Below the pieces are notes generated by a model. The model ran no database searches, was not told the DNA's origin, and saw nothing but the letters and a program-made list of their open reading frames with translations. Made by a program: the position numbers and the translations under genes. Of a stretch of 64,000 nucleotides of DNA, positions 10,111 to 21,313 are shown piece after piece. Location: positions 1,178,001-1,242,000 of the forward strand of contig CP120454.1 of NCBI GenBank assembly GCA_034226945.1. Direction: 5' to 3'. How positions within the stretch are numbered: position 1 is the stretch's first letter; each line of letters opens with the position of its first letter. Origin of the DNA: Picochlorum sp. SENEW3 (taxonomy: Eukaryota).

Positions 10111-10650
10111 CTAGGCCTCTTGCTGAGGTGTCATTTCCTGAGAAGGATCACGTGACCCACTGGCCTTTTGCTTTCTCGACGAGCGCACTATTGGAATGAT
10201 TGATAACACCAATGACGCTGTCACTGCAAACCAGGAGAACCAAGAAAAAGCACAGCATGCTTGGACCAAACTCCACTTTGTGTTGTCAGCCAGAATTGTT
10301 GTACAAATAATGCTTGTAAACCAGAATATCCACAAAAGCACAAACATGACAAACTCTGCCACAACAATTAATTTCTCTTCTGGATCCGCACCGACATATG
10401 CCATCAAAATGGCAGCACTCAGAAGCAATCCAAGAATAGATGTGAACAAGGCAATGTTGATCAATCCCTGAGAGTTCGTCCAAGCAACCCGGAAATTATT
10501 CAAACAATCTGTGTTATTTGGAGTGGGCGTGCATGATTTCCATGAATACCATTGGTCAATCACAGCAGCTGACGTTCCCAGCACAATGAGTGCACAGATA
10601 ATCTGCACAGGAAACAGTATAGAGGTCAGCTCTGTCACACCAAGGCGTTT
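10111..10650 (-). CDS. Four-TM MARVEL-like membrane protein (5' exon not resolved)
   Basis: Four hydrophobic helices with MARVEL-like motifs (LWIFWF..., QACCAFSWFSWF). Acceptor-like CCTAG near 10651 and no in-frame ATG in this exon. Confidence 0.65.
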   Translation of the reverse strand, partial: KRLGVTELTSILFPVQIICALIVLGTSAAVIDQWYSWKSCTPTPNNTDCLNNFRVAWTNSQGLINIALFTSILGLLLSAAILMAYVGADPEEKLIVVAEFVMFVLLWIFWFTSIICTTILADNTKWSLVQACCAFSWFSWFAVTASLVLSIIPIVRSSRKQKASGSRDPSQEMTPQQEA

Positions 10651-11021
10651 CTAGGTTTTAATTTCAACATAAACACATCAAAGATCTCTCGAGGAAATTG
10701 GGTGGAGACCTATAGGGAAAACACCAGAGGACACTGCAGCAAACGAATTCGCACCTCGCTGACAACAAGCCATGCTTTTGGAGGAAAGCTTTTGGCTTTG
10801 ACTGGATCTTGCATGTTGATATAAATATGGACAAATTGGAGTATTTGGTCTTGAAGGAAATACGTGTCACAATCAATACCGGGATGAGCCGTTGCAGCAT
10901 TGATCTCCGTAATAAGGAATTAAATCAAGCGATGGATTTTCCTTATAGAAGAGGTTTCAGAAGCAGATGAAGGATAACAGTCAAAGAAATAGAAATAATT
11001 GTGGCCATAGAGGACCTCGTC

Positions 11022-12416
11022 ATGGTTTTTACCAGCATCACGCCGACGATTGGTTGGAAATGTGTCGTTGAGCAGACGAGACGACCTCTGGTCGTTGGTC
11101 GAGTCGTTCCGTGTTCAGCTGCTCATAGCAGATATGACGTACATATTCATACAAGTAGGGTTTTTGGGTCTGACGAGGGGCGGCGTATGCGTAGTAAACA
11201 TGTCTGTTGTTCAACTCCGTCGTTTGCGTCCTCGCTGGAAGGAGACTGCATGTCGTTTCTTTCATGGGCGTCTGCTCGATGTTTTTATACAATGGTAAAG
11301 AAGCAGCATGGATCACGGGAAGAGGGTAGTAGTCTGAATATAGTCATACCATTGCTGTACCCAGAAAAGGGGGTGCCATTTACAGCCTGTATTGAACTGC
11401 ATGGGGTTTATGGTCCAGAGACGGGATCCAATGCAATGCATAGAATGGCTGCTGAGTTACATCAAAACAGAAGGGTAGAACAGGATATGTATGAGCTGCG
11501 ATTTGTGCTGCATGGACGTGGAGAGATGGAGCGGCACTGTGATGGAGATGAAACGGAGCATGTGTCTCCTGGGGATGCGATTCTGTGCAAGTATGGATCT
11601 GTTTCATATACAAGTAGATCTCAGGTATCATATACAAGTTATAGCGGGATGTCGTGGGGGATGGCGACATTTGTTGTGTACATCCCAAGGGCACTGGTGA
11701 ATACGCTTGATGATGATGGTGCCTTTGAGCAAGCTCGCGCGGCGTGTATCGAGTTTATGAACAAATATAAATGGCCAAAGAATGATTTAATGACACCAGT
11801 AACAGATCTGCTCTCCAGTGACGATGTGGACGTTTTGTTGCGAGGTGCTCAGAATCTGGGAGTCAATTCTCAAGGACATCATGTCGATGAGCATGCATCG
11901 CCGTCGGATTGGTTTGCGTTTCACGCACAAAATATCATGTCTCATTTTCGACGAATGCTATCAAATCCCGAGGGAGAACGTTTTCCGACGGAAATTTTGA
12001 AGAGGACCCTGACAGATGTGTCCACCTTTCTGCTCCCAAACCAAACAAATCGGCTAGCATTATTGTTCGATCCTTTTGCTAGTGTTCCAATTCCTTTTGT
12101 ATTTGGCGTAGAAATCTTCGAGCCTGGACACAGGACGAAGCCTCATGTCCATTCAAAGGCGTACGAGATGTTTTTCATTCTGCAAGGAACTGGTGAGGGA
12201 TTCTGCCAGGGGAGCAGATTTCCAATCGCCCCTGGCGACATTGTCGCATTTCAACCAGGTAGTACACATGGTATCGATAATGGACCACAGGAGAGAATGT
12301 ACTGCATCGAAGTTATGCTTCCAGATGAAAATTTTGCAGAATTTGTGAGGTCGGGTCCCTTGAAGAGACTCGAGGATGATGATCTATGCATCCTCACACG
12401 CGTAGGTTGTTCTTGA
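11022..12416 (+). CDS. Bicupin protein with a probable plastid transit peptide
   Basis: C-terminal cupin GHRTKPHVHSKAYEMFFILQG...PGD...PGSTHGIDN with His/His/Glu/His ligands. Degenerate N-terminal cupin YELRFVLHGRG...SPGD. Confidence 0.8.
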   Translation: MVFTSITPTIGWKCVVEQTRRPLVVGRVVPCSAAHSRYDVHIHTSRVFGSDEGRRMRSKHVCCSTPSFASSLEGDCMSFLSWASARCFYTMVKKQHGSREEGSSLNIVIPLLYPEKGVPFTACIELHGVYGPETGSNAMHRMAAELHQNRRVEQDMYELRFVLHGRGEMERHCDGDETEHVSPGDAILCKYGSVSYTSRSQVSYTSYSGMSWGMATFVVYIPRALVNTLDDDGAFEQARAACIEFMNKYKWPKNDLMTPVTDLLSSDDVDVLLRGAQNLGVNSQGHHVDEHASPSDWFAFHAQNIMSHFRRMLSNPEGERFPTEILKRTLTDVSTFLLPNQTNRLALLFDPFASVPIPFVFGVEIFEPGHRTKPHVHSKAYEMFFILQGTGEGFCQGSRFPIAPGDIVAFQPGSTHGIDNGPQERMYCIEVMLPDENFAEFVRSGPLKRLEDDDLCILTRVGCS

Positions 12417-12490
12417 TACACGTTTTACAACATGGCTACGTATAATAGTATAATCTTGTCCATGTGGCAATACATGTGATGTATTCAAAT

Positions 12491-13168
12491 CTAGTTGATC
12501 TGCTCAGCAATGAGGTCAGCAGCTTCCTGAACAGTGGAGATCTTCTCAGCACCTTCCTCGTCGAGCTGAAGATCAAACTTCTCCTCAAGAGCCATCATGA
12601 TTTCGACAGTGTCGAGGGAATCAGCTCCGAGATCGACAAACTTGGACTCTGGGGCAACCTGCAGGGCAAGACAACATGTCAGGCGCATTCTCGACCACCA
12701 CCAATGGACTGATCGACGCATCCAATATATTCATATGCATAAACGTACGGTGTCGAGATCAGTTCCGAGCTGTTCAGCGATGATTTCGCGAACGTCAGCG
12801 AGAACCTCGGCCTTATCCTGCACGAGTCCAGAAAACACAAGTCGCTCATTGTGCTCATCATCAGAGCCAAAATCTCATACAATATATGACGAAAACACGT
12901 ACAACTGCCATCACGACAAGACGCTGGGCACGCATGGCACGTGGGGCCTTGGCCTACATGACCAGAATGGGTGTTGAGTCAACAGGTCACAGAATAAGAC
13001 ATGCAAAGGATTGATCGAGTGGATATAAACACTCCTAAGGATACCTTACGAGCATGCAGCCTCGAATTTGGGCATTATATGCTTCATCGAATCCAGAATG
13101 GGACGTACCTGAACACGGAGAGTGACACCACGGCGGGCGGCGATGGAAGTGGTCAAAGATGCCTGCAT
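12491..13168 (-). CDS. ACP: Plastid acyl carrier protein (4 exons)
   Basis: Exons [20 protein letters not shown] | [17 protein letters not shown] | [23 protein letters not shown] | [26 protein letters not shown], each followed by GTACGT donors. Phosphopantetheine motif GADSLD. Confidence 0.95.
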
Positions 13169-13581
13169 TGTTGACGACGTTATCAAGTTTAATTCAATAT
13201 ATTATATGTTAATTTAAGTGCAAAAGGCGGCAGAGGTGGAAATCGCATATTGATGGATCCACATTGTGGCATGGATGGATGGATGATGCAGAAAAGAGTG
13301 ACTCGATAGGGGGAGACGTGCATCATGGTCGTTGACGGAGGGGACCATCCCAGAGCCTCATAATGCGTATTCCTTTCTTACATTGACATGATAACAACTG
13401 AGATGTAATGGTGTAGAAAAAGCAGATTCTCTATGCGTGGATCGCAATCTGATATGTTTGGTTGGCCAAAAATTCATAAAAGGAGAAAGAAAGAGTACCC
13501 TGTATAGATTTTCAACGTCATCTCGCAGAGGTATAGACGTCGTGGGTTCTATAATATGACAAGAAACACGTGTCTGTGCGG

Positions 13582-15542
13582 CTATGACGTTGAGTTGAGC
13601 CCAATGAGAGCGGACAAGACATCAACATCGTCCTTGTCCTCTTCCCTGGACTTTTGAATTTCCAATGCTTCTAGGAGCAAGGCCTTTGTTTCCTGGGTAG
13701 ATCGTCTTGGCTGAGGTACTCGTTTCGATGGTGGAGAAATGTGATCCAGTCCCCAATCGGCCCGTGCTGCAGCAACTGCCCCAGAGACACCGCCACTTGC
13801 TGCCCGCCTAGGCCTCTTTTGAATGGGCTCTATATTTTCCTTCACATGCTGGGGAATTGCAGTCACATTTGTTATTCGCCGTGGCTGCTCCTCAACTTTT
13901 TCTATGTGTGGCGTAGGAGAGTTGACAATGTCAAGCACATCATCTGGCGTCGCAGCCTCGATGAATGACATGACGGCAGATGCATCTTTATGTGTCTCCT
14001 CAACCGTTTCCTTTCTTCCTTCTTTTAATGTGCGACTAAAAGATACGCCTTCTGGGAGCGATGCATGTCGACCATCCTTCTGCGTATCATCTCCAGCACC
14101 ATGCTCGGGTGTTGGAAAGTGCAATCCTTTTCCAGAAAACATGTCCTCATCCTTGACATCACCATCAACCGGTACAGATTCTGATGGATCCTCGGGTGCA
14201 TCTTCTGGCTCCCCAGCGTTATGACATCCAATACATTGACAAATATTGGGATTGCATTTAACTCCAGCATTGTAGCACTCGCAGTATTTTTTGAGGCATT
14301 TGGAGCGTTTGCACCGACACCCCTTTTGGTGACCATTTGTTTTAACCTTTTCATCAAATGCAGTCGGATCCTTCATAAGGATACCCGCCCGGGCAATATT
14401 CACCATGTCAACATTTTCTTCAGAGTTTTTGCATCCCACACAGGCACATCCTGGCAAGCAATATCCAGATCCAGCAAAGCACTCACAGTACATTTTCAGA
14501 CACTGACTTCTCTTGCAGTTGCATGTTCTCTGCTCTCCATTCTTCTTTGGACGAGACACGGCTGCTGCGGCTGCTGCGGCAGCCTTGGCCACTGCTGTAG
14601 TTGGGCGCTTTCGTGGTCTCTTGGGCTGCAAGACAAACACCACACATGAATTGTACACGAGTAAGATGACAACATGCACATACACAGACACACACCTTTT
14701 TCATGGCACCTTCAAGCTGAGCCTCAAAATCAAACTCATCATCATCGGGATCGACAGGAGTATCTTGCTTATCGGCCGCACTCGTGAATAGATTTGTCAA
14801 CACCTCAATAGCCATTGGAGTTGATGCCACCTTTCCTGGCGTGGACGCTGTTCTCCCCGCACCGCCAACCAAAGAACCTGGGGTCACGGCGGCTTGCGCA
14901 CCGCTCAACATGGCCTCTGCTACTTCCACCTCATCGGCACCCATGGCTTCTTGCCGAGCACCCAACTTTTTCTCATCCACTGGGGTCTCAGGCAACAAAA
15001 AGGTCAACTTCTTCTCAGCCCCCCGTGGGATACGATTCGATGCGCTTCTCTGCCGTGCCGGCACTATCAATGTCTTATCATTATACTTTTTGACATCATG
15101 ATCCTTCTGTAGCCCAGAGGGCGTCGCAGCCCCCTCGTCATGCTGCTGCATCTGATGCTCCTGCCGAACCTGCTGCTGCTGCTGATTGTTATACAAGGCA
15201 TGCCGTTGATGGTTTTGAAACTGCTGCATATTCTGCTGCATCTGATAGTGCATCATCATCATCATATTAACAGCATGAGGGTCCTGAAAATTAGCAGGTG
15301 GTGGTGGAGGAGGAGGGGGCGCAAATAATGGCACCTGAGGATGCTGCTGCGAATCCACAACATGCTGCATAGCTCCACTCAAAGACGTGATCAATGCCAA
15401 CTGGTTCGTCAATGCAGTGGACAACTCCCCATCAACTTGTGAGGCTGTTCCATTGATAAATCGCTCCTACACATGAGACATCAGATGGACAAGTGAGTAC
15501 AACCATCCCACTCATGTCAACAACCACATCGACACCACCCAT
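13582..15542 (-). CDS. Tesmin/TSO1/LIN54-like CXC (CRC) domain protein; 5' end uncertain
   Basis: Two CXC domains CNCKRSQCLKMYCECF and GCRCKRSKCLKKYCECY with a KDPTAF hinge. The Q/P-rich N-terminal exon (ORF 14483..15424) is spliced at MKK|GTGTGT...GCAG|CCC. Confidence 0.85.
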
Positions 15543-16168
15543 ATCCACCGACAATGGTCGAGAGTATCTATACATATCACTAATACTCGAATGGAGATGC
15601 CCGAAGGGATTAATCATCCAACGCGTTGGACTCCGACCTTGGATTCAAACAGACCAACCGAATTGCGAGACGATGACGAGTCAACATTCCCACACAGCAT
15701 GCCTCGCACCTGTAACTCTTGCAATTGCCTAATTGCTACATGAAAAGCCTTTTGGAGGCTTTCTTGCGACGTTTGCATCCTGAATCTGACCAAGAGAGAC
15801 TCGAACACACAATCCGCGATGCTCAAACGAATCCCAACGAGCCCGTCTCTGCCTGGTAGTACCCACACACAACTACTCTTGTTAAATTATTCAAGTATCA
15901 ATACATGTGCGGTGATGTTATGACGCATGCGCATGTTGGGAGCTTTTGATGCCTCTCGCGACAACAATCGCTAACAACGATGGATGAATTATCGGTCAAG
16001 TAATGCCTTTGATGGGGGTATCGATTCATCGCAGGCGAGTTTAAAATTGGGCGCCCCATGGAAGAATTCGAATTCTTCTTCCTCTTGCAACAAGGGCAGC
16101 ATCATGCCGAGATGGGTGTTGTTACACATCCTATACATTGATTCTAATCTCATGGAAACAATCATTCG

Positions 16169-16609
16169 TCATTCATCGTCGTCATCCTCGTGGAGAGCGC
16201 CAGCTGTTGATGCCCATTCCATGCACCGTACAAACGAATCCCTCGTGCTGTCTGGAACAACATGATGTTTCCAATACGTGAATGCGTCAAACCGTGATTC
16301 GATAGAAACCTTGGATCCCTCATCATTCGAATCATTTACAAGACAGCAGTATCCACCATATCCCTGAGGAATTTGTTGTTCTATTCCCATCATCTGCCTC
16401 CCTCGAACACTGCCACTGGACACCACCACTGTTGCTCCCTTTTCTGCTGAAGGCGATGTTCCTGTATCCGATCCGATCCCTCTCTCTATGCTTTTATGAA
16501 AGAATGTTGATACTGGTGCATCGCCATCATGATGAATACGACAGCCAGTCAACAAATGGACGTGTGTTGATTTCTTTTCCTGACTGGAATCGTGAATCCG
16601 CGTCACCAT
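16169..16609 (-). CDS. RNASEH2C: Ribonuclease H2 subunit C
   Basis: Motifs VHLL..CRIHHDG.APVS.FF, VRGR.M.G....IPQGY.G and F..FTYW.H...P...D...R..EW...A.ALH. Confidence 0.8.
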   Translation of the reverse strand: MVTRIHDSSQEKKSTHVHLLTGCRIHHDGDAPVSTFFHKSIERGIGSDTGTSPSAEKGATVVVSSGSVRGRQMMGIEQQIPQGYGGYCCLVNDSNDEGSKVSIESRFDAFTYWKHHVVPDSTRDSFVRCMEWASTAGALHEDDDDE

Positions 16610-16678
16610 TATTTGAATTCGTAGTCCTATAAATCAATTTTGACAGTATTATTAAAAATATTTCGTATGTATGAATGA

Positions 16679-17740
16679 CTACAGCGGCGATGTGGATGCT
16701 TTTATTGGTTTCATCAGAACCAGGTACTCGTACCATCCAGTAATCTCTGCATCGTCCTCATCAGAACCAAGGCATGGATGCCCAGAATTGCACGAATCAA
16801 TGTACAATCGAGTGACATCAGGGACTAGATCAAACACTGAGGATATGATTGGGAGGGCGAGGCTTGGTTGATTGTACACAATGCTGGCTATTGGGCTGCC
16901 CAGCTGGGAGTATATTCTTGCAATGATACCACAGGGTGTGCCTGATTGGCGTCCTATGAAAATCTGATCTCTTCCTGTGGAATTTTTCAATGCTTCTATC
17001 ATGCGCGGTCCGTTTGAAGAAATAACCTCGTAGCTTGCTGGAATCCAGAGGGAATTCAGTATACTGTCACATGACACATGTGTCTGGTGTTGGCTGTCTG
17101 CTCGCAGCATTGCGAGTACCTCTGTGAGCTCGTCTATCGAGGCGCATGGGGTCCATTCAAGCATATCTGTATCTGTATTCCCAGTACCGAGTAAGTTTTC
17201 TTTCAGAGACTGCGGCGTTCCAGAGTATGGCCACCCGTACACAGTGGCATGGTGCTCATAACCATGTGTAGCAAATATATGGAGCATGCTCCTATTCTCT
17301 TGAATCGTCGTCGATACCATGTGCGTTAAACGATGATGTTCAGATAAACTGCATGCTCGGTCTTCTATATATCCCATCATTCGTGTCATGATCCCTTTGC
17401 CGCGATGCTGTGGGTGGGTTCTGGCACCCCATAGGTGGTACAAGGAGCCACTCGTTTGGCCACACAACAGTGCTATGGGCTCTCTGTCGTCTCCATCTTC
17501 TTCATAAACATATACATCGATTGAATCTGATTTTGTGTACGAATCTATCGTTTTGGGAATGTAATCGCGTCCACCATCTGCAACAAGAAAGTTGTGACAT
17601 GTGACATGTGCTCATGAGTCGGGTCATGCCGATAGAGGTGACGTACACACTGTTTTGCATATACTAAGGATGCTTTGTTTATCGGAGGGTGTATATTGCC
17701 GTATACCATGTTGGAATGGCGGAAGACCTGTGGTTGACAT
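16679..17740 (-). CDS. GNAT acetyltransferase (NAT16/histidine N-acetyltransferase-like N-terminus), 2 exons
   Basis: Exon 1 MSTTGLPPFQHGIRQYTPSDKQSILSICKTV-T|GTACGT...TTGCAG|AT-GGRDYIP. Motif A GARTHPQHRGKGIM. Confidence 0.75.
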
Positions 17741-18044
17741 GTGCAGCACCACACAGCAATGTATTAATTAATGAAAGAGTGTTTCTATAATTCACCACCA
17801 ATCTTCCTGTCTTCTTTTTTCTCTTCTATATAACGTAAACGACAATACTACTGAAGTAATATACATTGTGTTTTATGTGGCAGCAAAAGGACAACATTGT
17901 GTTCAACTCTGAAGGCTCTGTATTTAGTTAGTTAGAAAAAGAAGAGCGATCGCCATGGCGATTCCTGTCGACAGGGAAACAATCTTCTGCCAATAGGATT
18001 TCAAATTTTCATGGGTTGATGCTGACTGATTGCGATTTGATACT

Positions 18045-19310
18045 ATGAAATCTGTCCAAGACACACTGCACATGTCAGTTCAGTGTCCACGGCGCTGTCC
18101 ATCTGTTCCTAGAAGATGTCCGTCCACATACACGACGAGTAGAATAGTTACATGCTCTGCAGAGAGAAGTGGGTCTTCAAGGAAAGGTCTCGGTATTTTG
18201 GAATGGACTGGCAAGAATGTCCCACAAGGGCCACTCGTGCAGGCTGCCAAGTTCAGTTGGAAGCAAATTTGGTTGGTTTTTATGAATGAACTTGCACCTC
18301 AAAGCAAAGATGGGGCGTATAAAAGGCCAGGGTATGCATTTAATGGGAGGTTAGGAAGTTTTGAATTTCCAGTGGAAGCAGGGAGGTATGTCTTGTATCT
18401 TGGCAATCCTTGCCCGTGGTGCCACAGAGTGAAGATGGCTCTTATGTTGAGAGGTTTGGACTCTATGATTGATAGTGTTGATTTGATTGATGATCCGGAA
18501 CGAGCGAGTCGGGGAGGCTGGGTATGTAATGGCCGGGATCCATACTTTGGATGCTCGGATTTAAGGCAGATCTATGATGCATGTACCCAGCCAGATGGGT
18601 TTGTGGGACGGTGTACGGCGCCGTTGCTGGTTGATCGGAAACAGAAAAAGATTGTTAGCAATGAGAGCTCTGACATCATAGCCATGCTGGATGAGATACA
18701 TGTGGAAGGGACGACCAGTGATGTATTGTTGCGTCCAAAGAGTCTTGTCAGTGAGATTGATGCATTCAACAATCGTATATTTGACGCATTAAATAATGGA
18801 GTGTACAAGTGTGGATTTGCTACTAGTCAGTTGGCGTATGATAAAGCATATGCAGAATTGTGTGCCACGCTCGAGGAACTGGATGCAAGACTGGAACATT
18901 CAAGATTCATCCTGGGTGAGACATTCACGGATGCTGACCTCCGAGTGTTTGCCACTGCTGCTCGTTTTGACGCCGTCTACTCTACCCTATTTAAATGTAC
19001 TGAAAAGTGGTCAGAATACACCAATCTGCAGAGGTGGTTTATAGACTGTGCCCATTTGCCATTGCCCAACAAGAGGAGCCAGTTGTTGACAACTGTGGAC
19101 ATTGATGATTGTCGCCGCAGTTACTACACGCAGTTATTCCCTCTCAATCCTGGAGGCATTGTGCCAGGTGGACCTCAAACACACGATGTGGTCCCTCCAA
19201 TGCTTGAGGAAGATGTAGCTCGCAGGATGAAAGAGCCATTATCACAACATTACCATGTCAGATCTCACTCTGACAGTACATCAGCAGCAGATGGGAGCAC
19301 AGGTGCTTGA
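18045..19310 (+). CDS. Glutathionyl-hydroquinone reductase (GST Xi / YqjG-ECM4 family), probable plastid form
   Basis: GRYVLY...CPWCHR, GRCTAPLLVD, IVSNESSDI, NNGVYKCGFA, RFDAVY, LNPGGIVP. Ser/Arg-rich N-terminus. Confidence 0.9.
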   Translation: MKSVQDTLHMSVQCPRRCPSVPRRCPSTYTTSRIVTCSAERSGSSRKGLGILEWTGKNVPQGPLVQAAKFSWKQIWLVFMNELAPQSKDGAYKRPGYAFNGRLGSFEFPVEAGRYVLYLGNPCPWCHRVKMALMLRGLDSMIDSVDLIDDPERASRGGWVCNGRDPYFGCSDLRQIYDACTQPDGFVGRCTAPLLVDRKQKKIVSNESSDIIAMLDEIHVEGTTSDVLLRPKSLVSEIDAFNNRIFDALNNGVYKCGFATSQLAYDKAYAELCATLEELDARLEHSRFILGETFTDADLRVFATAARFDAVYSTLFKCTEKWSEYTNLQRWFIDCAHLPLPNKRSQLLTTVDIDDCRRSYYTQLFPLNPGGIVPGGPQTHDVVPPMLEEDVARRMKEPLSQHYHVRSHSDSTSAADGSTGA

Positions 19311-19849
19311 ACACCATCATCGCTATCACTGCCATAGTCACCTACTAATCCCTGTAAAACATTTGCCTCTACTACCTTCTCCGTATTCTCCTCCTCCTCC
19401 GCAGCTGGCATGTCGGATGACGGATGATCACCTCTCTTCTTTTTGTGTCTGAGCACAGCACCCAAGACATCCTTCTGGCTCCTCTTCTTCGCACCCCGTC
19501 GACTGCCATCAGTATTACTACCATGAGATGCATCTAGATTTTTCTTTGCTGGAACGGTGCTTTTTCCCTCGTCCTTTGTTAGGACTTGGGATTTGAGAGA
19601 GTAAAATGCCATCTTTTCTGCCTTGTCCCGGGCATTGATCGCATGTTGCCGTTTTTCTTCCTGTTCTATCATAAATGCAGCATCACCTTTGTCTAAAGCA
19701 CCTTTGGCATCCAAATACCCGGCTCTTTCGTGCTGAATTGCTTCGATCGATGCCACATGCCGCTTGAATTCGACATCGTCCTTGTCCACGTCCTTCGGAA
19801 CAACGTCGTAGTGGACGTGTCTGTTCTCTACGGGGTTTTTCTTATCCAT
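19265..19849 (-). CDS. Small charged nuclear protein, possibly FAM192A/NIP30/Fyv6-like
   Basis: ALDKGDAAF..EQE motif, basic NLS-like tracts and a C-terminal LQGLVGDYGSDSDD acidic motif. Confidence 0.5.
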   Translation of the reverse strand: MDKKNPVENRHVHYDVVPKDVDKDDVEFKRHVASIEAIQHERAGYLDAKGALDKGDAAFMIEQEEKRQHAINARDKAEKMAFYSLKSQVLTKDEGKSTVPAKKNLDASHGSNTDGSRRGAKKRSQKDVLGAVLRHKKKRGDHPSSDMPAAEEEENTEKVVEANVLQGLVGDYGSDSDDGVQAPVLPSAADVLSE

Positions 19850-20344
19850 GGAATATAATGAAACGGCCGTTCAGGCACAATCATGTTTTGTTCCACGGGT
19901 GTGTGGAATGGCCAGGGCGCCCGCGCATGTTGAGGGCGCCACCATTGTTGCCGACGCCGCTCGACCTTCATGACTCATGACCGTTGCCATGTCAAGGATA
20001 TCTACGAATGCCGTGTATGTCGCACTCGTGCACAAATGTATATGAAAAGTAAGACTTGGTGAGATCGTGATCCAAGTTTCCTGCGCTATATACGTGAAAT
20101 TGTTTACAACACGTCAGACGTTGCTGACGTAGGAAAATTTGTTTCCTGGAGGGGACCCTTGGAAAAGACCCCGATTGGGTGTCAAATATAGACCATAAAA
20201 TTATATTGGTCATTAAAAAGCACGAATCCTCGCTCATCGGCGATTCAAAGGTATGGTATTCGCGTGGTAGTGGTACTGGATCTAACATCTCACGTTGGTG
20301 ACGTTTGTTATCTTGGATGTAGATACGGTGAAAGGATACCAAGA

Positions 20345-21313
20345 ATGATAAAGATTCCGTCTTTTAGCAAAGATTTGACGGGAGATTGGACGGCGGCGGG
20401 CACAAGGGTCGGGGTAGAACTGCGCGAGTCGGACGCAGACGCTCCGCGAGATGCGCACGGCATGGGAAGCCAGGGGGTGGCCCAGGGCATGGATCAAGGC
20501 CAACGTGAGGGTCTGCAAACTGGTGATGATGTCAGTAATAAAAAGATGAAGATGCATGACGATACATGCGTATGGAATGCGCTGCATAGAGTGCTGTCTC
20601 AGAAAGATCTGATGGCTTTTGACGACGGGGGGGATGAGTTGGTAAAGCAGCTGCTTACTTCTCCTTCGGGCGGCCTTGGAGGAATGGGCGACGGTCTCTT
20701 TGCAGATGCCACCTATGATGTTTACGAGTCGTTCAATGATTGCTTAGATGGAAACCTCGGGGATGAGGAGGACGCTGTGTTGCAGATGATGATGCATCAG
20801 GCAGGCATTGGTACTAGTGGACAAGGTCATGACAACCGCAATGCCTTGAAGAGAGTGCGAAGCATCAATGCTACGATGGATTATTCTGATGGTCAGAAAA
20901 AGGACTGTATACTCGTGAAAAATATAGAGAACAACATGGCAAGTCCATTCGAGAATCAGGATGTTGGCGTACAGATTGACTGCAAAGCTGCATTACCAGC
21001 AGAGATGGAGGTTCGGGATGTCTCAGAAGACTCTTCCACTGGACACTGCAATGTAGAAAACTTAGTGGCATTGGATCAGTCCCAACAATTCTCATGCGTG
21101 CCCAAGTCTGTTTTTGGAGAAGACGTGGATCCGAGACTGTACAAGCTGGCTTCCCTTGCAGGATACCTCAGATCAATGCTTCAGTCAACATACTCATCCA
21201 GACATGTTGCCTCTGGAGTCCCATGCATCAGTACCAAATCAATTCAAGCTTGCATGATGTCTTGTCAGGATGATGCTGATGAGCTGGAACAATGCTTCAG
21301 CAGTACTAGTTGA
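20345..21313 (+). CDS. Uncharacterised acidic, largely disordered protein
   Basis: Long ORF (open from 20264). A probable 5'UTR intron AAAG|GTATGG (20251)...ATGTAG precedes ATG 20345. No domain recognised. Confidence 0.6.
   Translation: MIKIPSFSKDLTGDWTAAGTRVGVELRESDADAPRDAHGMGSQGVAQGMDQGQREGLQTGDDVSNKKMKMHDDTCVWNALHRVLSQKDLMAFDDGGDELVKQLLTSPSGGLGGMGDGLFADATYDVYESFNDCLDGNLGDEEDAVLQMMMHQAGIGTSGQGHDNRNALKRVRSINATMDYSDGQKKDCILVKNIENNMASPFENQDVGVQIDCKAALPAEMEVRDVSEDSSTGHCNVENLVALDQSQQFSCVPKSVFGEDVDPRLYKLASLAGYLRSMLQSTYSSRHVASGVPCISTKSIQACMMSCQDDADELEQCFSSTS

Noticed and set aside
13270..13350. Short inverted repeats (ATGATGCA/TGCATCAT; ATGGTC/GACCAT) upstream of ACP
   Set aside because: Stems of 6-8 bp are expected by chance.
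14483..15330. Poly-Q/P/M tracts (CAG/CAT/GGA repeats)
   Set aside because: Ordinary low-complexity coding sequence of the CXC transcription factor, not a repeat array.
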